Origin: Monocercomonoides exilis PA203
Taxonomy: Eukaryota; Protista; Preaxostyla
Reading direction: 5' to 3'
DNA length: 25,606 bases
Assembly (NCBI GenBank): GCA_001643675.2
Contig: LSRY02000096.1
Coordinates: 1-25,606 of the forward strand
Below the pieces are notes generated by a model. That model ran no database searches and had not been told where the DNA came from. It saw nothing but the letters and a program-made list of their open reading frames with translations. Below, one piece after another: positions 1 through 10,127 of this stretch. Position 1 is the stretch's first letter. Each line of letters starts with the position of its first letter. Made by a program: the position numbers and the translations under genes.

Positions 1-1404
1 AAACAGAAAAATTGGAGAATGGAAGAGAAAAGGCAAAGGAAGACTTTTCAATTGAGCACATCAATCATTTGCATCAAAGCTGTGAGTTCATTCGCTGCGT
101 CTTTTCAATTCATTCTCAGCAACCAAAAATAAAAAGTTTGATATTTTCATGAATGCATTGTTTTTGTATTGGGCTTGAGAAAAAGGGGGTTTGGAAGAAT
201 AGATTTTAAGAACATTTCATGAATTGAAGAAAAATGGAGAGAAAAGAACAATTTTGAGCAGAGATTAAGAGAGATCAGTCAAGGAAATAGAATAAGGATA
301 GAAAATGATTGATGAATGAAGAAATATTTATTTATGTGGCAACAAAGCAGATGAAGGGAAATGCAATTGGAGCAGAACTTTTGGATTATATTGTGAGAAA
401 AGAATGTGAGTGAGGTATCTTCTCTTTCTCCATCAATAAGAAAAAGCAGATAAAAGCAGAATGATGAAAGAAAAAGGAAAAGAGATGAAAAACTGGACAA
501 AAATGAGAAGAATGTGAAGAGCAATTAATTCTGATTGACTTGTTCTGTCATTCATATTCTGAGTTGGAGCATTGGATTAGTTTCTTTTTCAGCCATGTTT
601 GCTGTTGTTGTCTTTGGTGCTCACAAAGCTGAACGTTGAATTCTTCATTAAAGCTATCATCACCATTGCTGCTGAATCCTTCTCAAGAAATTTCATTTCG
701 TTCTTCATCTTCATCATTGTCTTCTTCTTCTCGTGTATTGGTGCCAAATAAAATTTTGGAAAAAAGCAGACAGAATTTGTGAATGAAGAAGCTAACAAAC
801 AAACAAACAAAGGCAGAAATGGAATAATGATGAATGGGAAAGTGTGAAAAATATCATTTGGTTGAATATTGTGGAGGAAAAATCAGTTGTTTCTTCGATA
901 TTTTGGATCTCTCGAAATACATTAAATGACTCTGTCAAAGCACCGAAGAACAAAAACAGTTTTTGAAACAGAAAATTTCTTGTTGAAAAAATTCATTGGG
1001 GTTGCATTTATTGGAAGAATTTCTATGAAATAAGAAGAGAAATGATAAAAATGAACAAAAGAGAGCAGGTGAAAAAGGATAAATTGGCTATTGTTGAAAA
1101 TGAAGATGATTCAAACGAAGAAATACATTTTGAGAGACGAATAATAGAAAGCATTCCCAAAAGCAACAAGTGGAATTTGCATTTGATGAAAAGGAGAAAA
1201 TAGATGAAGAAATTTTGAAGAAGTATTTTTATCTGATCTGACGTTATAGATTTTTGAAAAATAAGCGATGATATAAACTTCAAATGAAAAGAAGATGAAA
1301 GCTCATGAATTTTTCAATGATATGGAAAATGAATCAAAATTTGAAGATGAAACGATTAAAGAAAGTTTAATATTTAAAATGATGAAAATTAGAAAAGCAT
1401 TGAA

Positions 1405-2659
1405 TTAAGAAATCGGAAAAAGTTTATCATTTCCAGTGATTTTTGTGTCAACTGCGCTGAAGGTGAGTGTTTGAGTTGGAACAAATATTGAGGAAAGGAG
1501 GGTGAGAGAGGCGTCTTGGGTATCTGTCATGCGAACAAGAGCAAATTCAATTGTTTTGCATGGATTGAGTTGTGTGATTCCGCAGAGATCGGTGTTTGTT
1601 CCATTATTTGACACGATTTTGAATGTTGTTATGAGAGGAAGCCATCTGTTGAACACAGCGTTATCAGCTGTTCCTGCATTCCAGACTCTTTTTGATTCTG
1701 TTGTTGACCCGCACTGATTGAATGGGGATTGGGTGATGCTGCTGCCATTGAAGAACGCATCATTCCCCATTCCATTAGTTGCGGAATTGCCATCGAAGAA
1801 GCAGAAAGTGATGAATTTGAACCCGCTCATCCAATCATATGTTCTTGTGCAGCACAGCGCAGCACCGCCGTAGGTAGTTGGATTTTCGACTTTGTTGTTG
1901 ATGAACTGGCACTCTTGGAGCAAATATTGAAGAGGTATTACTGGTGGAGGGTAATGAAACGTGACTGCGCCAGTCGCATTTCCACCAGTATTTGCGATAC
2001 AGACACAATTTTTGAACAAAAATTTTCCATTTGATGTCATGTTATCAAGCACGATTTCCCAGCCAGTTCCACACCAACTTGTTATTTCGCAACTTTCAAC
2101 TCGGTTTTCTGATAATACCCAAACAGAACTGGATTGCGGCCAGCCAATATAAGCAGCTCCTCCATGAGCCGCAGTACAACTTGTGAAATTGGATTTTGCG
2201 ATATCAATCTTCAACGAAAGATTACAATATAACGCTCCACCGTATCCGTTACTTGAGCATTTGTTGAATGAACAGGAAGTGATTGTGAGATTGGCATTTG
2301 CACAATAAACATAAAGTGCACCGCCAGATGAAGATCCACCAGTTGAATCATTCCATTCGCACCACTCAAAGCGATAGCTATTCAAAGCAGTGAAGGACAA
2401 TCTGCTTAATTTCTCTCTGTGAGTTTCATTTCCAATGTGTTCAACAGGAGCATTTGGTGAAGAGCGTGTTTGGTGGAGAAAAGAGGTATTGAAGGCAGAG
2501 AGAGAGGTGGATGGGCAGTTGATGGAAGGGAGAATGGCACCATCGATGGGGTTGTGGGTGTGGAGGAAGATGATTGAGATGAATGCGAAAAATATTTGGA
2601 GGATTTTGTTTGTCAGAAGAATACGCAATAATAAAGAGGAGAAAAAATAGAAATTTCAT
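1405..2659 (-). CDS. Pmp-like right-handed beta-helix surface/secreted protein, paralogue A (left arm); signal-peptide ORF is out of frame with the body
   Basis: 407-aa ORF with repeated GGALY/GGAA, SFNKC/FTSC/FDGN motifs and a D-x-CG-x5-PCKTI-x-x-AL module. The ATG at 2659 gives MKFLFFLLFIIAYS in a different frame. Confidence 0.75.
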
Positions 2660-2754
2660 CGAAACTCTCTGTTTTTATTTGTTATCATTCTCCTCAGCAA
2701 ATCTCGACCTTTAATCAACGTATTTGATTTGTTCGTCATCGTCGTCTCCTCCTC

Positions 2755-2902
2755 CTTCTTCTTCTTCTTCTTCACATTCTTCTTCTTCTTCTTCTACTTC
2801 TTCTTCTTCTTCTTCTTTTTCTTCTTCACCTTCTTCTTCTTCTTCTTCTTCTTCACCTTCTTCTTCACCTTCTTCTTCACCTTCTTCTTCACCTTCTTCT
2901 TC
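2755..2902 (-). repeat. (GAA)n / GAAGAAGAAGGT low-complexity tract (left arm)
   Basis: TTC trinucleotide run with periodic ACC interruptions on the + strand. Confidence 0.9.
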
Positions 2903-3880
2903 CTCTCATTTTTTTCTGCTTCATCTTTGTTGATCTATTACTTCCTGCTGGGTCAGAGCATCGACTTTCTGATGCATTTCAGCTGTGCAATCAGCAGCTC
3001 TGCAAAATTGAACGAAAAATAGCTTCATTCACATTTCTTCCTCTCAACGACCGTTCACCAAATACGCCTTTATTTCATGTTTCATTCGCAATATTGGAAA
3101 TGAAATGTCATCTGTACAAAATCTACTTTTCATTCTAATTGTCTTTTTCTTCTTCAACGCCTTCTTCGATGATTGACAAAAATAATGTTGATTTTTACGT
3201 TTCATTCAACTCCCGTCAAATTCAGCGCAAGGCCTTGTCTTTCATTCCTACTCAGATAGACGAAAGAAATATTTATTCTGACATAGAATTTCAATCAACC
3301 TAACACAGCAACGGAAATGATTCTATAACCTATCGAGAAAAGCCGACCACAAAGTGCACAATAAAAAATAGAAATAGAATCTGAATTATTTATTTTGAAT
3401 CTGAAAGAATTACAGAAAACAGAAGGAGCAGGGCAGAAGACGTTATTTGGAACAAATTATAATGTGGATGATCTTCGAGAGATTGCATAATGTCATGCGC
3501 CTTCAATATATCACAGAAGATGAAACAAAGAGAGAAAGCAATTTTGAGGAAAAGTCATGTTTGAAGGGAAGTCATATGAGATTCTGGTACTAATTGGATG
3601 CAAGCAAGTTGAAATCGGAAAGGTGAAGAAAATATAAACTGAAGAAAATTGCCTGATATATATGAATATATTTCTTTTGAAGATACGACAGCAATGAATC
3701 TTTTTTCATGAGCTTAATTTGTAGTTGATGGAGAAGAAAAATTAGATGAGGTAATGACGAAGAAATATTTTTGTCTTGTTGATGTTATGGATTTCTGAAA
3801 AAAATAATGATGATATATACTCCAATTGAAAAAGCTATGATAGCTTATGAATTTTTCTATGATATGGAAAATGAAAGAAT

Positions 3881-5257
3881 TTATATGAGAACCTGAAAAA
3901 ATTCATCATTTCCTGTTGTTTTTGTGTCAGCAGCGCTGGATGTGAGTGTTTGAGTTGGGACAAATGCTGAGGTGAGGAGGGTGAGAGAGGCGTCTTGGAG
4001 GAGGGAAATGAAGTCAGTGAGGGCATACTCGATGGTGGCACATGGGGTCTGTTGGGGTCTGCCACAGGCATCTGTATTGGTTCCATTGCTGGCAACGATT
4101 TTGTTCTGGGCGATGAGGGGGAGCCAGCCATTGAACACGGTATTATCAGCTGTATTGTTATTCCACACTCTTTGTGTTGGAGTTGTTGAGCCACAATTCT
4201 CAAATGGAGATTGGGCTATAGAACTGCCACTGAAGAACACATCGTTTCCTCTGCCATTTTTGGCAGTGTTGCCATCGAAGAAACAGAATGTGATGAATTT
4301 ATTTCCGCTCATCCAGGAATAAGTTGAATTGAAGAAAATTGCAGCACCTCCATATTTGACAGAGGCAGTCAATTTGTTATTAATAAATTGGCAATCATTT
4401 ATTAAAAACTGACCTGGATTATTGCTTGGAGGATTTTGAAAAGTGAGAGAGCCAGCAGAATCACCACCAGAATTTGCAATGCACTTGCATTTGGTGAACA
4501 GGAATTGGCCAGATGCAGACAAGTCATTTAGCAAGAAATACCAGCCAGTTCCACACCAATTTGTTATTGAACAACTTTCCACTCTGTTATCTGAGAATGT
4601 CCAAACAGAATTTGATTGTGGATTTGCAGCATGGACTGCTCCTCCATGAGCAGCCGAGCAACTTGTGAAATTGGATTTTGCGATATCAATCTTCAACGAA
4701 AGATTACAATACAACGCTCCACCATGGCCATTACCTGTGCATGAACAATTGTTAAATGAACAGGAAGTGATTGTGAGATTGGCATTTGCACAATAAACAT
4801 AAAGCGCTCCTCCATAACTTGATCCACCAGTTGAATCATTCCATTCACACCATTCAAATTTATGGCTGTTAGCATCAAAGGAATCCAGTCTTCCAGGTTT
4901 CGCTCTTTGAGATTCGGTTCCAACATGTACAACAGCAGCATTTGGAGAAGAGCGTGTTTGGTGAAGAAAAGAGGCGTTGAATGCAGAGAGAGAAGTGGAG
5001 GGGCTATTGAGGTCGGGGAGGATGGCACCATCGATGGGGTTGTGGGTGTGGAGGAAGATGGATGAGTGGATGGAGAGGGATGAGTGAAGGGAGAATGAGG
5101 GGATTGAATTGGTGTTGGTGTTGGTGGAAGTGGAAGAAGAGGAAGAAGTGGTTGATGTGAATGGATAAAGTGAGTGCGAGGGAAGGGATGGAAGGGTTGG
5201 ATGGATCGAGAAAGAAATCAAAGAATGAAAAGAAGTTAGGAATGCGATGTGTTTCAT
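3881..5257 (-). CDS. Pmp-like beta-helix surface protein, paralogue B (left arm), 458 aa
   Basis: Intact ORF with Ser/Thr-rich N-terminus, GGALY x2, GGAV, GGAAI, FxxC/FDGN motifs and DACG...PCATIEYAL; clearly homologous to paralogue A. Confidence 0.8.
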   Translation of the reverse strand: MKHIAFLTSFHSLISFSIHPTLPSLPSHSLYPFTSTTSSSSSTSTNTNTNSIPSFSLHSSLSIHSSIFLHTHNPIDGAILPDLNSPSTSLSAFNASFLHQTRSSPNAAVVHVGTESQRAKPGRLDSFDANSHKFEWCEWNDSTGGSSYGGALYVYCANANLTITSCSFNNCSCTGNGHGGALYCNLSLKIDIAKSNFTSCSAAHGGAVHAANPQSNSVWTFSDNRVESCSITNWCGTGWYFLLNDLSASGQFLFTKCKCIANSGGDSAGSLTFQNPPSNNPGQFLINDCQFINNKLTASVKYGGAAIFFNSTYSWMSGNKFITFCFFDGNTAKNGRGNDVFFSGSSIAQSPFENCGSTTPTQRVWNNNTADNTVFNGWLPLIAQNKIVASNGTNTDACGRPQQTPCATIEYALTDFISLLQDASLTLLTSAFVPTQTLTSSAADTKTTGNDEFFQVLI

Positions 5258-6051
5258 TGAAACAACTTTTATGTTTATGCTTGGAGCAATGAAGATTTTT
5301 GGAATATGGCAAAAGCCTTTTTTAAAAAAAAATTAAATTTGCATTCAATTGGATTGTGTTTGTGCAATGAAAGCACAAAAGTTTTTGAAGCAACGTTCAA
5401 TTCTCGAATCAATTTTTTATTTTGTTTCATTATCATAATATTTTTTGTCATGTTTGTATTGAAAAATAAATGACTGCATATTTTGAATAAGCAATGTTTG
5501 CTAAATACTTTTATAAAAAAGCAAAAACTATGACAAAGTTAGAAATCAACAGCCTTTTTTTCAGATTAAATTTTTTATAGATTTCATGTTCAATCGAATA
5601 AATTAAATTGTTCATTGAAGTTTTCTTTGTTTGAATTATTAAATCTAATTTTCATTTCATCAAACTGAACTTTATTGCTTTTTGAAGTTGGGTTCAATTG
5701 TTGAAAATAAAAATAAAAAATAGAAAAACATAAAAAACATTATTTGAAATGTAACATGCTCTAATGAGTATTCGGGATCAAGTCTGTTGCTTTCAAAATT
5801 TTGTTCCAACCAGCATTTTTGAACCTTTTCGTTAACAGATAATTTTTCAATTTTTCAACTTTTTTTTATTTAAAAATGTTAAACTTTTAATGATTTGAAA
5901 GCAGAATTTGTTTGGAGCAAATAATGGTTTTTCTTTCAATAAGGAAATAATATTTTCCCCATTTTCTGGTCATGCCAACGATTTATCTTAAGATATTTTG
6001 TGTTTCAAAAAATGAACGATGATGAGAACTTTTAAATATGATTCAAGAATT

Positions 6052-6309
6052 TGGGTGATTATTTTTGAAATCATAACTTTTTTTCTAGTTGTTGATTTTT
6101 GAAAGGTTGTTTATCACTGAGATAAAATTTTGAATTTAAATGAGAATATCATTATTTCTGTTTCAAAAAAAATACTTCAAGCTGATATAAAGATAAACTT
6201 TTCTTGGATAAGCCTGTTCACAATTCAGAGTTCGTTAACTGATATTCAATGTTAATTTTCGAATCGAAAAATATGAATGAAAATATATGATTTCAAAAAT
6301 AATCACCCA
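6052..6309. repeat. Perfect 24-bp inverted repeat (TGGGTGATTATTTTTGAAATCATA / TATGATTTCAAAAATAATCACCCA) around a 210-bp unique spacer (6076-6285)
   Basis: Read directly: 6052-6075 and 6286-6309 are exact reverse complements. The left copy abuts the end of the long-arm match at 6051. Confidence 0.95.
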
Positions 6310-7530
6310 TGATATAATATTTTGAAGGTTTTCTGTTATTTGCTTTTTTCCAAAAGTGCTCAGGAAAGCCAGAAATTTTAGGTCCCGAAAAAAAAGGGGT
6401 TTGATAAATTACTGACCCAACATATAAAATTTGTTGGTTTTTTGAAATACGTTTGAAGTCACAAAACATTTGCTAGTATATCAATGATATCTTATTGCAG
6501 ATATGAAGGTTCAATTTATTTTGAAATCTGTTAAAGCTTAATAATGTTGTGAGCGAAACAATTTTTTTATGCTTTGTGATAAAAAAAAAAAGCTTTATGG
6601 TACATATTTTTTCCAATAAGATGAAAAATACACTTTGACATTTCACATCCAATAATGGCTACTGTTTATTTTTAAAAAAGTTTGTAATTGAAAACAAAGT
6701 GAGAAAAATTTAATTAGAAAGAAGAAAATAATTCTTGAATCATATTTAAAAGTTCTCATCATCGTTCATTTTTTGAAACACAAAATATCTTAAGATAAAT
6801 CGTTGGCATGACCAGAAAATGGGGAAAATATTATTTCCTTATTGAAAGAAAAACCATTATTTGCTCCAAACAAATTCTGCTTTCAAATCATTAAAAGTTT
6901 AACATTTTTAAATAAAAAAGTTGAAAAATTGAAAATTTATCTGTTAACGAAAAGGTTCAAAAATGCTGGTTGGAACAAAATTTTGAAAGCAACAGACTTG
7001 ATCCCGAATACTCATTAGAGCATGTTACACTTCAAATAGGGTGCATATTTTATGTTTTTCTATTTTCTATTTTTATTTTCAACAATTGAACCCAACTTCA
7101 AAAAGCAAAAGTTCAGTTTGATGAAATGAAAATTAGATTTAATAATTCAAACAAAGAAAACTTCAATGAACAATTTAATTTATTCGATTGAACATGAAAT
7201 CTATAAAAAATTTAATCTGAAAAAAAGGCTGTTGATTTCTAACTTTGTCATAGTTTTTGCTTTTTTATTTTTATAAAAGTATTTAGCAAACATTGCTTAT
7301 TCAAAATATGCAGTCATTTATTTTTCAATACAAACATGACAAAAAATATTATGATAATGAAACAAAATAAAAATTTGATTCGAGAATTGAACGTTGCTTC
7401 AAAAAACTTTTGTGCTTTCATTGCACAAAACACAATCCAGTTGAATGCAAATTTAATTTTTTTTAAAAAAGGCTTTTGCCATATTCCAAAAATCTTCATT
7501 GCTCCAAGCATAAACATAAAAGTTGTTTCA

Positions 7531-8906
7531 ATGAAACACATCGCATTCCTAACTTCTTTTCATTCTTTGATTTCTTTCTCGATCCATCCAACCCTTCCAT
7601 CCCTTCCCTCGCACTCACTTTATCCATTCACATCAACCACTTCTTCCTCTTCTTCCACTTCCACCAACACCAACACCAATTCAATCCCCTCATTCTCCCT
7701 TCACTCATCCCTCTCCATCCACTCATCCATCTTCCTCCACACCCACAACCCCATCGATGGTGCCATCCTCCCCGACCTCAATAGCCCCTCCACTTCTCTC
7801 TCTGCATTCAACGCCTCTTTTCTTCACCAAACACGCTCTTCTCCAAATGCTGCTGTTGTACATGTTGGAACCGAATCTCAAAGAGCGAAACCTGGAAGAC
7901 TGGATTCCTTTGATGCTAACAGCCATAAATTTGAATGGTGTGAATGGAATGATTCAACTGGTGGATCAAGTTATGGAGGAGCGCTTTATGTTTATTGTGC
8001 AAATGCCAATCTCACAATCACTTCCTGTTCATTTAACAATTGTTCATGCACAGGTAATGGCCATGGTGGAGCGTTGTATTGTAATCTTTCGTTGAAGATT
8101 GATATCGCAAAATCAATTTCACAAGTTGCTCGGCTGCTCATGGAGGAGCAGTCCATGCTGCAAATCCACAATCAAATTCTGTTTGGACATTCTCAGATAA
8201 CAGAGTGGAAAGTTGTTCAATAACAAATTGGTGTGGAACTGGCTGGTATTTCTTGCTAAATGACTTGTCTGCATCTGGCCAATTCCTGTTCACCAAATGC
8301 AAGTGCATTGCAAATTCTGGTGGTGATTCTGCTGGCTCTCTCACTTTTCAAAATCCTCCAAGCAATAATCCAGGTCAGTTTTTAATAAATGATTGCCAAT
8401 TTATTAATAACAAATTGACTGCCTCTGTCAAATATGGAGGTGCTGCAATTTTCTTCAATTCAACTTATTCCTGGATGAGCGGAAATAAATTCATCACATT
8501 CTGTTTCTTCGATGGCAACACTGCCAAAAATGGCAGAGGAAACGATGTGTTCTTCAGTGGCAGTTCTATAGCCCAATCTCCATTTGAGAATTGTGGCTCA
8601 ACAACTCCAACACAAAGAGTGTGGAATAACAATACAGCTGATAATACCGTGTTCAATGGCTGGCTCCCCCTCATCGCCCAGAACAAAATCGTTGCCAGCA
8701 ATGGAACCAATACAGATGCCTGTGGCAGACCCCAACAGACCCCATGTGCCACCATCGAGTATGCCCTCACTGACTTCATTTCCCTCCTCCAAGACGCCTC
8801 TCTCACCCTCCTCACCTCAGCATTTGTCCCAACTCAAACACTCACATCCAGCGCTGCTGACACAAAAACAACAGGAAATGATGAATTTTTTCAGGTTCTC
8901 ATATAA
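7531..8906 (+). CDS. Pmp-like beta-helix protein, paralogue B (right arm), with a 1-nt deletion at ~8114
   Basis: Mirror of 3881..5257. It reads AAATCAATTT where the left copy reads AAATCCAATTT, which splits it into ORFs 7336..8223 and 8205..8906. Confidence 0.75.
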
Positions 8907-8911
8907 ATTCT

Positions 8912-8950
8912 TTCATTTTCCATATCATAGAAAAATTCATAAGCTATCAT
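8912..8950 (+). promoter_or_regulatory. Conserved 39-nt element downstream of paralogue B (other copies 11454-11492+, 3837-3875-, 1295-1333-)
   Basis: TTCATTTTCCATATCAT[A/T]GAAAAATTCAT[A/G]AGCT[A/T]TCAT, 36/39 identical between the A and B downstream regions, which otherwise do not align. A regulatory role is inferred. Confidence 0.4.
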
Positions 8951-9529
8951 AGCTTTTTCAATTGGAGTATATATCATCATTATTTTTTTCAGAAATCCAT
9001 AACATCAACAAGACAAAAATATTTCTTCGTCATTACCTCATCTAATTTTTCTTCTCCATCAACTACAAATTAAGCTCATGAAAAAAGATTCATTGCTGTC
9101 GTATCTTCAAAAGAAATATATTCATATATATCAGGCAATTTTCTTCAGTTTATATTTTCTTCACCTTTCCGATTTCAACTTGCTTGCATCCAATTAGTAC
9201 CAGAATCTCATATGACTTCCCTTCAAACATGACTTTTCCTCAAAATTGCTTTCTCTCTTTGTTTCATCTTCTGTGATATATTGAAGGCGCATGACATTAT
9301 GCAATCTCTCGAAGATCATCCACATTATAATTTGTTCCAAATAACGTCTTCTGCCCTGCTCCTTCTGTTTTCTGTAATTCTTTCAGATTCAAAATAAATA
9401 ATTCAGATTCTATTTCTATTTTTTATTGTGCACTTTGTGGTCGGCTTTTCTCGATAGGTTATAGAATCATTTCCGTTGCTGTGTTAGGTTGATTGAAATT
9501 CTATGTCAGAATAAATATTTCTTTCGTCT

Positions 9530-10076
9530 ATCTGAGTAGGAATGAAAGACAAGGCCTTGCGCTGAATTTGACGGGAGTTGAATGAAACGTAAAAATCAAC
9601 ATTATTTTTGTCAATCATCGAAGAAGGCGTTGAAGAAGAAAAAGACAATTAGAATGAAAAGTAGATTTTGTACAGATGACATTTCATTTCCAATATTGCG
9701 AATGAAACATGAAATAAAGGCGTATTTGGTGAACGGTCGTTGAGAGGAAGAAATGTGAATGAAGCTATTTTTCGTTCAATTTTGCAGAGCTGCTGATTGC
9801 ACAGCTGAAATGCATCAGAAAGTCGATGCTCTGACCCAGCAGGAAGTAATAGATCAACAAAGATGAAGCAGAAAAAAATGAGAGGAAGAAGAAGGTGAAG
9901 AAGAAGGTGAAGAAGAAGGTGAAGAAGAAGGTGAAGAAGAAGAAGAAGAAGAAGAAGGTGAAGAAGAAAAAGAAGAAGAAGAAGAAGAAGTAGAAGAAGA
10001 AGAAGAAGAATGTGAAGAAGAAGAAGAAGAAGGAGGAGGAGACGACGATGACGAACAAATCAAATACGTTGATTAA
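9530..10076 (+). pseudogene. Decayed exon-like sequence ending in a poly-Glu tail (mirror at ~2711-3257, - strand)
   Basis: Protein-like reading frames interrupted by stops (IIEEGVEEEKDN*NEK*ILYR*...), a TTTTGCAG acceptor at ~9788, then AADCTAEMHQKVDALTQQEVIDQQ and EEEG...GGGDDDDEQIKYVD* in shifting frames. Confidence 0.35.
9885..10032 (+). repeat. (GAA)n / GAAGAAGAAGGT low-complexity tract (right arm)
   Basis: Mirror of 2755-2902; reads EEEG repeats in one frame. Confidence 0.9.
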
Positions 10077-10127
10077 AGGTCGAGATTTGCTGAGGAGAAT
10101 GATAACAAATAAAAACAGAGAGTTTCG

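Larger units (their letters stand above)
2..6075. repeat. Left arm of a ~6 kb inverted repeat (palindrome); may extend beyond the window start
   Basis: 2-6051 is the reverse complement of ~6730-12796; the ORF track mirrors it (1405..2628- = 10159..11382+, 3881..5257- = 7531..8906+). 6052-6075 is the reverse complement of 6286-6309. Confidence 0.97.

Noticed and set aside
2724-3022. Poly-Ser and poly-Phe ORFs (also 9765-10063)
   Set aside because: Alternative-frame readings of the (TTC)n tract.
1405-5257. Bacterial (chlamydial) Pmp autotransporters or contamination
   Set aside because: No autotransporter barrel, and they are linked to an intron-containing eukaryotic RPL10.
6052-6309. MITE with 24-bp TIRs
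   Set aside because: No target-site duplication; more simply explained as the innermost part of the big palindrome. Not fully excluded.
6256-6440. Small hairpins (TTTTCGA-A-TCGAAAA; CCAACA..TGTTGG) as ncRNA
   Set aside because: Short stems are expected by chance in very AT-rich DNA; no tRNA or snRNA motifs recognised.
7336-7530. N-terminal extension of the right B copy
   Set aside because: Not open in the mirror arm; AT-rich upstream DNA.
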